From Laetmonice hystrix (taxonomy: Eukaryota), in the NCBI GenBank assembly GCA_965235115.1, contig OZ249436.1, positions 43,278,001 to 43,342,000 of the forward strand: a DNA stretch of 64,000 nucleotides, read 5' to 3'. A program made the position numbers and the translations under genes. Below, in pieces: positions 50,596 to 63,200 of this stretch. The notes under the pieces were generated by a model. The model saw nothing but the letters and a program-made list of their open reading frames with translations. It was not told the origin of the DNA and did not search any database. The stretch's first letter is position 1, and each line of letters begins with the position of its first letter.

Positions 50596-52015
50596 TACCT
50601 GGTACTGCAGCAGGTAATGTCAACCCATTCATCCTGTTCATTGTTCGAAGGGTACGCTCAGACAAACAACTCCTGAACCACACACGTACGGGGCGGAGCC
50701 ACGTACCCTGAGCTCGTTTTGATAACCATGAGGGACGTGTTTGCTTACAGAGCGCTGAGAGATGTTCTTTGTAACGACATGAGATATCTGCACATCTTAG
50801 CTGCCGTATATGGTGGTGAGATTATGGCCCTGCGCTTCACGTGAAGATAATGTTGTTGTTCCATCGAGTGTAGGCGGCAGGAAAACTTGTACGTTATTAT
50901 GGATCTACTAATTGATATCATGGATCTCATAGATCTAATAGATATCATGGATCTAATAGATATCATCGATCTCATGGATCTAATAGATATCATGGATCTC
51001 ATAGATATCATAGATAGGCCCCTATATTATATATCATGGACATCCTGTAGAGGCACAATGTCTCTCATTGATAGTATAGATTATCAGGGATATCATGGAT
51101 ACCATAGAGATCATGGATATCATAGATACCATGTTTATCATGGATATAAAAGATATAATAATGATTATATTAGGGATATCATGATGTAAAGTAAGCCAGA
51201 AGTTTTCTAAGCTTCTGAAATCAAGCAGATACCCCCCCCCCCCTCCTCCGACCTTCCACATACGCAAGCGGCCCAGCTTTTAATGTTGGAAGCGGCCCCC
51301 AGGATTCCATACCCGGAAGGACAAAATGAGGGCTAAAAGATGCTAATCCTAACCCTGACCTAACACTCATTATCGCTCATGTAGTGGCGTCACGGCCATT
51401 CCGCGACGTGTGCCCAAAGATTTAAGAGCTCGATCGATACATGAGTTCCATTCTTCATTTAGGTGAGATTAAAACGGAAAGTTAGGCTCGGTCAAGCGAG
51501 GCGACCCAGGGGAGGAACGTCAGGGTAATGGGAAACCGGCTAGGGGAGATACATGTATCACGTCTTTGACAATTCGAGGACTGCATTGTAAGAGGGCCGC
51601 CATTAGACATCGAGGAGGGGGTTCGGGGTTTCCCCAGCCGTTTCCCCAGCCGTTTCGAAAAAGAAATTAAAAAGTCATTTTTTTATGCAGGATAGACTTG
51701 GAATACCGTAATATTTTCCTGCCAAGCGGAAAAACACCAGACCTGCATTTAGATATAATATATTGGTTTTATCACCAAACATTGTGGCAATAAATGTATT
51801 CCACTAATCCCCTCTCCGCGGTGTTCTAATCGTCGCTTCCTTATAATGGCGCGTTTCCCCTGGTAGTTAACGCCCGACGTGAAGGCTATAGTCTATAGTC
51901 TATAGGGGCCCTATCGCGTATTTGGAAACTCACACTTTGTTCTTTAAGTTCGACCTCTAATCCCAGTTTGTAAGTTTAATAAACGTCCTATTGACAATAT
52001 AATAATGTATGACTA

Positions 52016-53420
52016 GAACCACTATCAGACCCCTAGCCCTGCCCCGACCTCCCCAAGGAACCACTATCCCGTACCCCTAGCCCTGCCCCGACCTCCCCAA
52101 GGAACCACTATCCCGTACCCCTAGCCCTGCCCCGACCTCCCCACGGAACCACTATCAGACCCCTAGCCCTGCCCCGACCTCCCCAAGGAACCACTATCCC
52201 GTACCCCTAGCCCTGCCCCGACCTCCCCAAGGAACCACTATCCCGTACCCCTAGCCCTGCTCCGACCTCCCCAAGGAACCACTATCCCGTACCCCTAGCC
52301 CTGCCCCGACCTCCCCAAGGAACCACTATCCCGTACCCCTAGCCCTGCCCCGACCTCCCCAAGGAACCACTATCCCGTACCCCTAGCCCTGCCCCGACCT
52401 CCCCAAGGAACCAGTATCCCGTACCCCTAGCCCTGCTCCGACCTCCCCAAGGAACCACTATCCCGTACCCCTAGCCCTGCCCCGACCTCCCCAAGGAACC
52501 ACTATCCCTTACTCCTAGCCCTGCCCCGACCTCCCCAAGGAACCACTATCCCTTACCCCTAGCCCTGCCCCGACCTCCCCAAGGAACCACTATCCCTTAC
52601 TCCTAGCCCTGCCCCGACCTCCCCAAGGAACCACTATCCCGTACCCCTAGCCCTGCCCCGACCTCCCCAAGGAACCAGTATCCCGTACCCCTAGCCCTGC
52701 TCCGACCTCCCCAAGGAACCACTATCCCGTACCCCTAGCCCTGCCCCGACCTCCCCAAGGAACCACTATCCCTTACTCCTAGCCCTGCCCCGACCTCCCC
52801 AAGGAACCACTATCCCTTACCCCTAGCCCTGCTCCGACCTCCCCAAGGAACCACTATCAGACCCCTAGCCCTGCCCCGACCTCCCCAAGGAACCAGTATC
52901 CCGTACCCCTAGCCCTGCTCCGACCTCCCCAAGGAACCACTATCCCGTACCCCTAGCCCTGCCCCGACCTCCCCAAGGAACCACTATCCCTTACCCCTAT
53001 AGCCCTGCCCCGACCTCCCCAAGGAACCAGTATCCCGTACCCCTAGCCCTGCTCCGACCTCCCCAAGGAACCACTATCCCGTACCCCTAGCCCTGCCCCG
53101 ACCTCCCCAAGGAACCACTATCCCGTACCCCTAGCCCTGCCCCGACCTCCCCAAGGAACCACTATTCCGTACCCCTAGCCCTGCCCCGACCTCCCCAAGG
53201 AACCACTATCCCTTACTCCTAGCCCTGCCCCGACCTCCCCAAGGAACCACTATCCCTTACTCCTAGCCCTGCCCCGACCTCCCCAAGGAACCACTATCCC
53301 TTACTCCTAGCCCTGCCCCGACCTCCCCAAGGAACCACTATCCCTTACTCCTAGCCCTGCCCCGACCTCCCCAAGGAACCACTATCCCATACCGCTTGCC
53401 CTGCCCCGACCTCCCCAAGG
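52016..53420. repeat. 44-bp C-rich minisatellite, about 32 copies
   Basis: Unit gaaccactatcccgtacccctagccctgccccgacctccccaag. Confidence 0.97.
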
Positions 53421-53499
53421 AGGTCCCCCTCCTCCCCCTCCTCCTTCCTCCTCCTGGTCGAAGATGACGCACTTAAGTGCGTCATCTTCGTCCTGGTCC

Positions 53500-53500
53500 A

Positions 53501-53538
<38 letters not shown>

Positions 53539-53647
53539 TCCTCCTCCTCCTCCTCCTCTCCCTCCTCCCCCCTCCTCCTCCTCCACCTCCTCCTCCTCCT
53601 CCCCCTCCTTCTCCTCCCCCTCCTCCTCCTCCTCCTCGTCCTCGTCG
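53500..53647. repeat. (CTG)n followed by (CCT)n microsatellite
   Basis: Direct inspection. Confidence 0.93.
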
Positions 53648-55303
53648 TGCCGGTTTTTGTGTTGCAGTTGTCCGTTCAGCAGCAATGTCTGATCGATCCT
53701 TGGCACGAAAATCTTGGTGTACGATTTTAAAGGGATATTGATCGCCGTTCTGTTTTACCTGTCCGGCAGTTAGTGCCTTCATTGTCCGCCAGGAGGCCGA
53801 CGTCACAACAGACCGCCTCCCGGAGCCAAGGCGCATGCGCGTGGAAAGGGGCCAAGAATGTCTGCGCACGCGATCTCTGCTTCCTCTTTGACAATTAAGC
53901 GTCCAAGCTGCAGCCAGGAATTCCCCGTCCATGCTGCTCTCGGGCAGATGCTGGGCCACACATTTAGATATATTAAAACACCCTTTCCTCTAATAGACCT
54001 CTCTCACCCCTGGCCACAACCCCCTTCCTTGACAGGCCCGCTACCCCTCCCCTAAGAGTCCCCCTCACCCCTGACCACAACCCCCTCCCCTAACAGTCCC
54101 CCTCACCCCTGACCACAACCCCTTCCCCTAAGAGTCCCACGCACCCCTAGCCACAACCCTCTTTGCTAACGGCCCCCTCCCTCACCGGGGATTTCCGCGT
54201 GCTGGCGGGGCCCAACACGGACCCTGAACTCCTGCTTGTTGGTCTATGTGAATGGTAGGTTTTGTGAATGTGAATCTTTGTGAATGGTAGGTTTTGTGAC
54301 ATCGGCGCTGCTAGACTTCTCAAACAGGCTGAAAATAAAAACATGGTGACACAGGGTATGATGGCTGTGTGATGCTACACAGTCAATATTGTCAATATTT
54401 GTTGAGGATAGATTCAGGGATACTGGTAACATGAGAAGTCTACAAACAGCCGACAGAAGTTGAAAGCGTTACATCGCGGTCCTGGATCGGACAGAATCCT
54501 GCTGGTACTTCAAATCAGGCTGATGTGAAACGACACCTGTGTTTGGGGTGTTTAAGTAAGGACCCGTGTTGGGGTGTTTAGGTAAAGACCCGTGGTGGGG
54601 TGTTTAGGTAAGGACCCGTGTTGGGGTGTTTAGGTAAGGACCCGTGGTGGGGTGTTTAGGTAAGGACCCGTTGTAGGGTGTTAGGTAAGGACAGTGCCCT
54701 GGGGGAACCATACCCCGATATGGCTAATTACCAGTACCATTTTTCTCACGAACCCTCCCGAGTGCTCCGCAACTGGCTTATCAAAGACTTTTATAGAAAG
54801 AGTAGGAGATTGCCTCCCGGTGGCAGGTTTCTGTCTCACTTCACTAAGTATGCCTTGACATTTTCTTTAATGCATTTCTTCTTGAAGTGTTTTAGCCCCC
54901 TTTCCTCTCCAGTGTGCAGTAAATCTCTTATTTATCTGTCTATACTTGAGCATATTTCCGCCAATAAAATGTTAAATGTAATGAAGAGAAAAAAAAACTG
55001 TAGTTAAGGAAAGACAAACGATAAACGGTTAATCGGATTAAGGCGTGCAAGTCCTAATTAGTGTGAATGGGGGCACACTGATTGGTATACTGAGAAATGT
55101 GTTTAAAACAAAATGATATATATCTCATCTAATCGCCCATTCTGTGTCCTTGCGAAACGAGCAGGATGTCCTTGATAAGTAATTAAACAAGTTTCCTGTA
55201 ATTCGAATAGTAGATAAAATGACATATTGTTATCATGGAACCGCCAGTGATATTGTGGAGTAAAACTCTCACAACCATTTTTACTGATATACAACATGTA
55301 TTG

Positions 55304-55709
55304 TACGGAGCCCTGTTGAGGACATGAAGAGAAAAATGTTTGTGGTGATCTCGAAATTACCACTTAGTGACATCATTAACTCGTTATTACGACTTAATGA
55401 CGTCACTAAGTGGTAATTTCGAGATCCCCACACAATTTTTAGTCTGAAACGAACGCGATTAACTAGTAATAACGACTTAGTGACGTCATTAACTCGTTAT
55501 TACGAATTAATGACGTCACTAAGTGGTAATTTCGAGATCACCACAAAAAGATTTCTTTGGAACGACTGCGATTAACTCGTAATAACGACTTAGTGACGTC
55601 ATTAAGTCGTAATAACGAGTTAATGACGATACTAAGTGGTAATTTCGAGATCACAATTGTTTTTCTCAGAAACGATTTTTTTTCTTCATGTCCCCAACAG
55701 GGCTCCGTA
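55304..55709. mobile_element. Non-autonomous DNA transposon, TAC..GTA termini, 6-bp TSD (IS3EU-like), copy 2
   Basis: Same TIRs as 41505-41712, with TSD gtattg on both sides. The internal palindromic module is amplified. Confidence 0.87.
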
Positions 55710-55793
55710 GTATTGCAACCAGGAACAGAGAACTAGGATAATGCAGTTTGGTCTTTTTACGAGGCTGAATTACAACGTAGACGCCATCAATCG

Positions 55794-56346
55794 GTAAACA
55801 ATGAGGCGTACACTAGCTGTCCAGACCGCGGTTAGTAAACGCTGTAAACAATGAGGCGTACACTAGCTGTCCACGCCGCGGTTAGTAAACGCTGTAAACA
55901 ATGAGGCGTACACTAGCTGTCCACGCCGCGGTTAGTAAACGCTGTAAACAATGAGGCGTACTCTAGCTGTCCAGACCGCGGTTAGTAAACGCTGTAAACA
56001 ATGAGCCGTACACTAGCTGTCCAGACCGCGGTTAATAAACGCTGTAAACAATGAGCCATACACTAGCTGTCCACGCCGCGGTTAGTAAACGCTGTAAACA
56101 ATGAGGCGTACTCTAGCTGTCCAGACCGCGGTTAGTAAACGCTGTAAACAATGAGGCGTACTCTAGCTGTCCACGCCGCGGTTAGTAAACGCTGTAAACA
56201 ATGAGGCGTACACTAGCTGTCCAGACCGCGGTTAGTAAACGCTGTAAACAATGAGGCGTACACTAGCTGTCCAGACTGCGGTTAGTAAACGCTGTAAACA
56301 ATGAGGCGTACACTAGCTGTCCAGACCGCGGTTAGTAAACGCTGTA
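55794..56346. repeat. 50-bp minisatellite, about 11 copies
   Basis: Unit gtaaacaatgaggcgtacactagctgtccagaccgcggttagtaaacgct. Confidence 0.96.
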
Positions 56347-56529
56347 ATCCATCAAACCGAGGCCGGTAAATTTGGTAGTGGCGAGCAGTGAGCTGTAGCC
56401 AATTGCCATAAACTAATTAAAACCTAATAGCCGCTAACAGGTGGGGATTATGGGTACAGACACGGCTGTGGACGCTAGCACAGTCTGAGGACTCTACTAA
56501 CGTTTGTCATCCATTTATAATACCGGGGT

Positions 56530-58680
56530 CTGCCTGCCTGCCTGACTGCTTGCCTGAGTGACTGGCTGCCTGACTGCTTGTATGACTGACTGACTGGCTG
56601 ACTGCCTGCCTGCCTGACTGCTTGCCTGAGTGACTGACTGCTTGCCTGCTTGTATGACTGACTGACTGCCTGACTGCTTGTATGACTGACTGACTGGCTG
56701 ACTGTCTGACTGCTTGTATGACTGACTGACTGGCTGACTGCCTGCCTGCCTGCCTGACTGCTTGCCTGAGTGACTGACTGCCTGACTGCTTGTATGACTG
56801 ACTGACTGGCTGACTGCCTGCCTGCCTGACTGCTTGCCTGAGTGACTGACTGCCTGACTGCTTGTATGACTGACTGACTGCCTGACTGTCTGACTGCTTG
56901 TATGACTGACTGACTGACTGTCTGACTGCTTGTATGACTGACTGACTGGCTGACTGCCTGCCTGCCTGACTGACTGCTTGCCTGAGTGACTGACTGCCTG
57001 ACTGCTTGTATGACTGACTGACTGACTGCCTGCCTGCCTGACTGCTTGCCTGAGTGACTGACTGCCTGACTGCTTGTATGACTGACTGACTGGCTGACTG
57101 GCTGCCTGACTGCTTGTATGACTGACTGACTGGCTGACTGCCTGCCTGCCTGACTGCTTGCCTGAGTGACTGACTGCCTGACTGCTTGTATGACTGACTG
57201 ACTGGCTGACTGACTGTCTGACTGCTTGTATGACTGACTGACTGGCTGACTGTCTGACTGCTTGTATGACTGACTGACTGGCTGACTGCCTGCCTGCCTG
57301 ACTGACTGCTTGCCTGAGTGACTGACTGCCTGACTGCTTGTATGACTGACTGACTGACTGACTGCCTGCCTGACTGCTTGCCTGAGTGACTGACTGCCTG
57401 ACTGCTTGTATGACTGACTGACTGGCTGACTGACTGCCTGACTGCTTGCCTGAGTGACTGACTGCCTGACTGCTTGTATGACTGACTGACTGACTGACTG
57501 CCTGCCTGCCTGCTTGACTGCTTGTATGACTGACTGACTGGCTGACTGCCTGCCTGCCTGCCTGACTGCTTGCCTGAGTGACTGACTGCCTGACTGCTTG
57601 TATGACTGACTGACTGGCTGACTGCCTGCCTGCCTGACTGCTTGCCTGAGTGACTGACTGCCTGTATGACTGACTGACTGCCTGACTGCCTGCCTGCCTG
57701 ACTGCTTGCCTGAGTGACTGACTGCCTGTATGACTGACTGACTGCCTGTATGACTGACTGACTGGCTGACTGGCTGACTCGCTGCCTGCCTGACTGACTG
57801 GCCGACTGCCTAACTGACCCTGACTATGATCTGACTACCTGACTGACCCTGACTATCTGACCACCTCACTACCTGACTGACCCTGACTATGACTACCTCA
57901 CTACCTGACTGACCCTGACTATCTGACTACCTGACTGACCCTGACTATCTGACTACCTCACTACCTGACTGACCCTGACTATCTGACTACCTCACTACCT
58001 GACTGACCCTGACTATCTGACTACCTCACTACCTGACTGACCCTGACTATCTGACTACCTGACTGACCCTGACTATCTGACTACCTGACTGACCCTGACT
58101 GACTACCTGACTGACCCTGACTATCTGACTACCTCACTACCTGACTGACCCTGACTATGACTACCTCACTACCTGACTGACCCTGACTATCTGACTACCT
58201 CACTACCTGACTGACCCTGACTATCTGACTACCTGACTGACCCTGACTGACTACCTGACTGACCCTGACTATCTGACTACCTCACTACCTGACTGACCCT
58301 GACTATGACTACCTCACTACCTGACTGACCCTGACTATCTGACTACCTCACTACCTGACTGACCCTGACTATCTGACTACCTGACTGACCCTGACTGACT
58401 ACCTGACTGACCCTGACTATCTGACTACCTCACTACCTGACTGACCCTGACTATCTGACTACCTGACTGACCCTGACTGACTACCTGACTGACCCTGACT
58501 ATCTGACTACCTCACTAACTGACTGACCCTGACTATCTGACTACCTCACTACCTGACTGACCCTGACTATCTGACTACCTCGCTACCTAACTATCTGACT
58601 ACCTCACTACCTGACTGACCCTGACTATCTGACTATCTGACTACCTGACTACCTGACTGCCTCACTACCTGACTGACCAC
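56530..58680. repeat. Compound (CTGA/CTGC)-based repeat with two domains
   Basis: 56530-57810 is a tetranucleotide mosaic with tgcttgtatgac and tgcttgcctgag markers. 57810-58680 consists of ctgactacctcactacctgactgaccctgactat units. Confidence 0.95.
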
Positions 58681-60294
58681 TCTTGCATAGATCCCAAAGT
58701 GGCATTAATCAATGAACAGGGATCGGAGATATGAGAAGATAGTGTAACCTTTAAATGTTCTGAGTTATATGGACCTGCTCAGCAGCCGGCAGAGAACAGG
58801 GTTGGCTCGGTTAGCCGTAGTGACGCATGACGTCACATGACGTGAAGCGACAGCCAATCAGTACTCGATATGATTATCCTGGAATGCTATTTTCGAATAT
58901 CCATTGTGCAGAAAGCTTAATAATCGCCAAGTACCACAATAAATATTCATATCCTCCAATGTTGCGCTAGCGGCAAAGGTGATAGTGTTAGTGGCATATA
59001 ATATATGTGCTGTTTCGATACATAATTTACCAGTACACGATACTTGCATCAACCATAATATACAAATATTCATTTGGGGCAGCTAAGCAATCTGATTGGT
59101 GCATTCGCGCCACGTGACCGTCCCGAAATATTGGACGGTTAGCTCTGGAAACCATGGCAACAACGTCAAAATAGAAACAACGTCACGATATGGGACGGTT
59201 GGTTTGACCCAGACATGTAGACTATAACTCCGAAAAGCAATAGCACTTTTCTTTGTCCCGGAAACTGTATAGGCTCCCCAATGCCATCCAATATTAATTG
59301 TGTAGGCGTATAATATTGGATGGCGGTGATTTTATAATATTAGATGGCAGCGAGTCCACTATACAGTTTACGGGAAGAAGAAAAGCCAAGAAGAGGACGA
59401 GGATTAGCTCATTCCATTAATTAGGCCTATCGCTTGTTATCATTGGCACTTTACTTCCGGGTTCTTTCTTCTTTAAGACCCTTTTCATTTGTTCTGTCTA
59501 GTAGTGATGATCAGGAGATGACAGAGGAATATTCCAAGAGGGGGGGGGGGGGTGTCTGTCTTTATACACATCTGTCTGGAATTTTAAGCAGAGAACAAAA
59601 TGTCTAAGGCGGGTTGGATTCGCTCCTGAACCCGCACACTTGACGTACCAAGGACCTATTCTTATTGATAGGTGTCAATCATTAATGTACATGCAACCTG
59701 ACTCTAATATATTGGTCTCCCTGCCCCCGCCCCCGCCCCCGCCCCCACCCTACCCCATCAACCTGTCTAACTCTAAGTATTCCTAAACTAAGTTCAAGTG
59801 ATCCACGCCACCTAATGTTCCACTGATTAATCCCGCCCCAGTTTCCGACGGTAAGCTGATGACGAGCGAAACCCATACAGTCCGGACTTAATGCCTTTCG
59901 TGAGAACTGGGGAAAGAGGACTGAAGAGCTTAAAGTCTTAAAGGTTGATAGAGACCCTAGCAATCGGAGAGTCTTATTACATTCCGCCCTCGAAATGGGA
60001 TTGGATTCTGGGAAGGCAGACGTCACAATGACTGCCACAGGTGGCGCCATCTATGGGGGTCAGAAACACCACCTGGATCCTACGAAAAAAGGGAGGAATA
60101 TTGTGAATTACGGTAAGGAGGAAGGAGATACCTGGCAGGTGCGTTTTACAACCATCGTATTCCTCTCGTGTGTTAAAAAATCCCTTTAAGAATACATTGA
60201 TGGGAAATATCCACGAGCTAACAACAGGTCGTGGGGCAGGCTGGTTTCTAAACATCAATACCTTCCTAACAACCCCACTGGTGGGGGTGGGGGA

Positions 60295-63200
60295 GTGGGA
60301 ATGTATAGGTGGCTTGTTGGGGGGTTGGTGAAGTGGGAATATAGACGACATGAGGCTGGGCTGGTTGGTGAAGTGGAAATGTATACGACATGAGGCTGGG
60401 ATGGTTAGTGGTGAAGTGGGAATGTATACGACATGAGGCTGGGATGGTTGGTGAAGTAGGAATGTATACGACATGAGACTGGGAAGGTTGGTGAAGTGGG
60501 AATGTATACGACATGAGGCTGGGATGGTTGGTGAAGTGGGAATGTATACGACATGAGGCTGGGATGGTTGGTGGTGAAGTGGGAATGTAGACGACATGAG
60601 GCTGGGATGGTTGGTGGTGAAGTGGGAATGTATACAACATGAGGCTGGGATGGTTGGTGGTGAAGTGGGAATGTATACGACATGAGGCTGGGATGGTTGG
60701 TGAAGTGGGAATGTATACGACATGAGGCTGGGATGGTTGGTGAAGTGGGAATGTATACGACATGAGGCTGGGATGGTTGGTGAAGTGGGAATGTATACGA
60801 CATGAGGCTGGGATGGTTGGTGAAGTGGGAATGTACACGACATGAGGCTGGGATGGTTGGTGAAGTGGTAATGTATACGACATGAGGCTGGGATGGTTGG
60901 TGAAGTGGTAATGTATACGACATGAGGCTGGGATGGTTGGTGGTGAAGTGGGAATGTATACGACATGAGGCTGGGATGGTTGGTGAAGTGGGAATGTATA
61001 CGACATGAGGCTGGGATGGTTGGTGAAGTGGGAATGTATACGACATGAGGCTGGGATGGTTGGTGGTGAAGTGGTAATGTATACGACATGAGGCTGGGAT
61101 GGTTGGTGAAGTGGGAATGTATACGACATGAGGCTGGGATGGTTGGTGGTGAAGTGGGAATGTATACGACATGAGGCTGGGATGGTTGGTGAAGTGGGAA
61201 TGTATACGACATGAGGCTGGGATGGTTAGTGGTGAAGTGGGAATGTATACGACATGAGGCTGGGATGGTTGGTGAAGTGGGAATGTATACGACATGAGGC
61301 TGGGATGGTTAGTGGTGAAGTGGTAATGTATACGACATGAGGCTGGGATGGTTGGTGAAGTGGGAATGTATACGACATGAGGCTGGGATGGTTAGTGGTG
61401 AAGTGGGAATGTATACGACATGAGGCTGGGATGGTTGGTGAAGTGGGAATGTATACGACATGAGGCTGGGATGGTTGGTGAAGTGGGAATGTATACGACA
61501 TGAGGCTGGGATGGTTGGTGAAGTGGGAATGTATACGACATGAGGCTGGGATGGTTGGTGGTGAAGTGGGAATGTATACGACATGAGGCTGGGATGGTTG
61601 GTGAAGTGGGAATGTATACGACATGAGGCTGGGATGGTTGGTGGTGAAGTGGTAATGTATACGACATGAGGCTGGGATGGTTGGTGAAGTGGGAATGTAT
61701 ACGACATGAGGCTGGGCTGGTTGGTGAAGTGGGAATGTATACGACATGAGGCTGGGATGGTTGGTGAAGTGGGAATGTATACGACATGAGGCTGGGATGG
61801 TTGGTGGTGAAGTGGGAATGTATACGACATGAGGCTGGGATGGTTGGTGAAGTGGGAATGTATACGACATGAGGCTGGGATGGTTGGTGGTGAAGTGGGA
61901 ATGTATACGACATGAGGCTGGGATGGTTGGTGAAGTGGGAATGTATACGACATGAGGCTGGGATGGTTGGTGAAGTGGGAATGTATACAACATGAGGCTG
62001 GGATGGTTGGTGAAGTGGGAATGTATACGACATGAGGCTGGGATGGTTGGTGGTGAAGTGGGAATGTATACGACATGAGGCTGGGATGGTTGGTGAAGTG
62101 GGAATGTATACGACATGAGGCTGGGCTGGTTGGTGAAGTGGGAATGTATACGACATGAGGCTGGGCTGGTTGGTGAAGTGGGAATGTATACGACATGAGG
62201 CTGGGCTGGTTGGTGAAGTGGGAATGTATACGACATGAGGCTGGGATGGTTGGTGGTGAAGTGGTAATGTATACGACATGAGGCTGGGATGGTTAGTGGT
62301 GAAGTGGGAATGTATACGACATGAGGCTGGGATGGTTGGTGAAGTGGGAATGTATACGACATGAGGCTGGGATAGTTGGTGGTGAAGTGGGAATGTATAC
62401 GACATGAGGCTGGGATGGTTGGTGAAGTGGGAATGTATACGACATGAGGCTGGGATGGTTGGTGAAGTGGGAATGTATACGACATGAGGCTGGGATGGTT
62501 AGTGGTGAAGTGGGAATGTATACGACATGAGGCTGGGCTGGTTGGTGAAGTGGGAATGTATACGACATGAGGCTGGGATGGTTGGTGAAGTGGGAATGTA
62601 TACGACATGAGGCTGGGATGGTTGGTGGTGAAGTGGTAATGTATACGACATGAGGCTGGGATGGTTAGTGGTGAAGTGGGAATGTATACGACATGAGGCT
62701 GGGATGGTTGGTGAAGTGGGAATGTATACGACATGAGGCTGGGATGGTTGGTGGTGAAGTGGGAATGTATACGACATGAGGCTGGGATGGTTGGTGAAGT
62801 GGGAATGTATACGACATGAGGCTGGGATGGTTGGTGAAGTGGGAATGTATACGACATGAGGCTGGGATGGTTAGTGGTGAAGTGAGAATGTATACGACAT
62901 GAGGCTGGGCTGGTTGGTGAAGTGGGAATGTATACGACATGAGGCTGGGATGGTTGGTGAAGTGGGAATGTATACGACATGAGGCTGGGCTGGTTGGTGA
63001 AGTGGGAATGTATACGACATGAGGCTGGGATGGTTGGTGAAGTGGGAATGTATACGACATGAGGCTGGGATGGTTGGTGAAGTGGGAATGTATACGACAT
63101 GAGGCTGGGATGGTTGGTGAAGTGGTAATGTATACGACATGAGGCTGGGATGGTTGGTGAAGTGGGAATGTATACGACATGAGGCTGGGATGGTTGGTGA

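Larger units (their letters stand above)
44341..54302 (-). pseudogene. Intron-containing Ras-family small GTPase pseudogene
   Basis: Exon 54328-54186: MSQN..KQEFRV/VLGPASTRKS|gtgag (degenerate G1). Exon 45347-45152: DGKLHEVEFMDTAG..TINS/AVFIVVFSIDSLASF (G3, frameshift). Exon 44589-44341: VLVGNKCDL..REVS..FFEC/SAKNNSRVREIF (G4 and G5, frameshift). Splice sites are canonical. Confidence 0.78.

Noticed and set aside
53351..53959. Minus-strand ORF or exon (HLPESSMDGEF..RRHSWP) in frame with the 54186 donor
   Set aside because: Weak acceptor, no recognisable homology, and it would interrupt the GTPase domain directly after G1.
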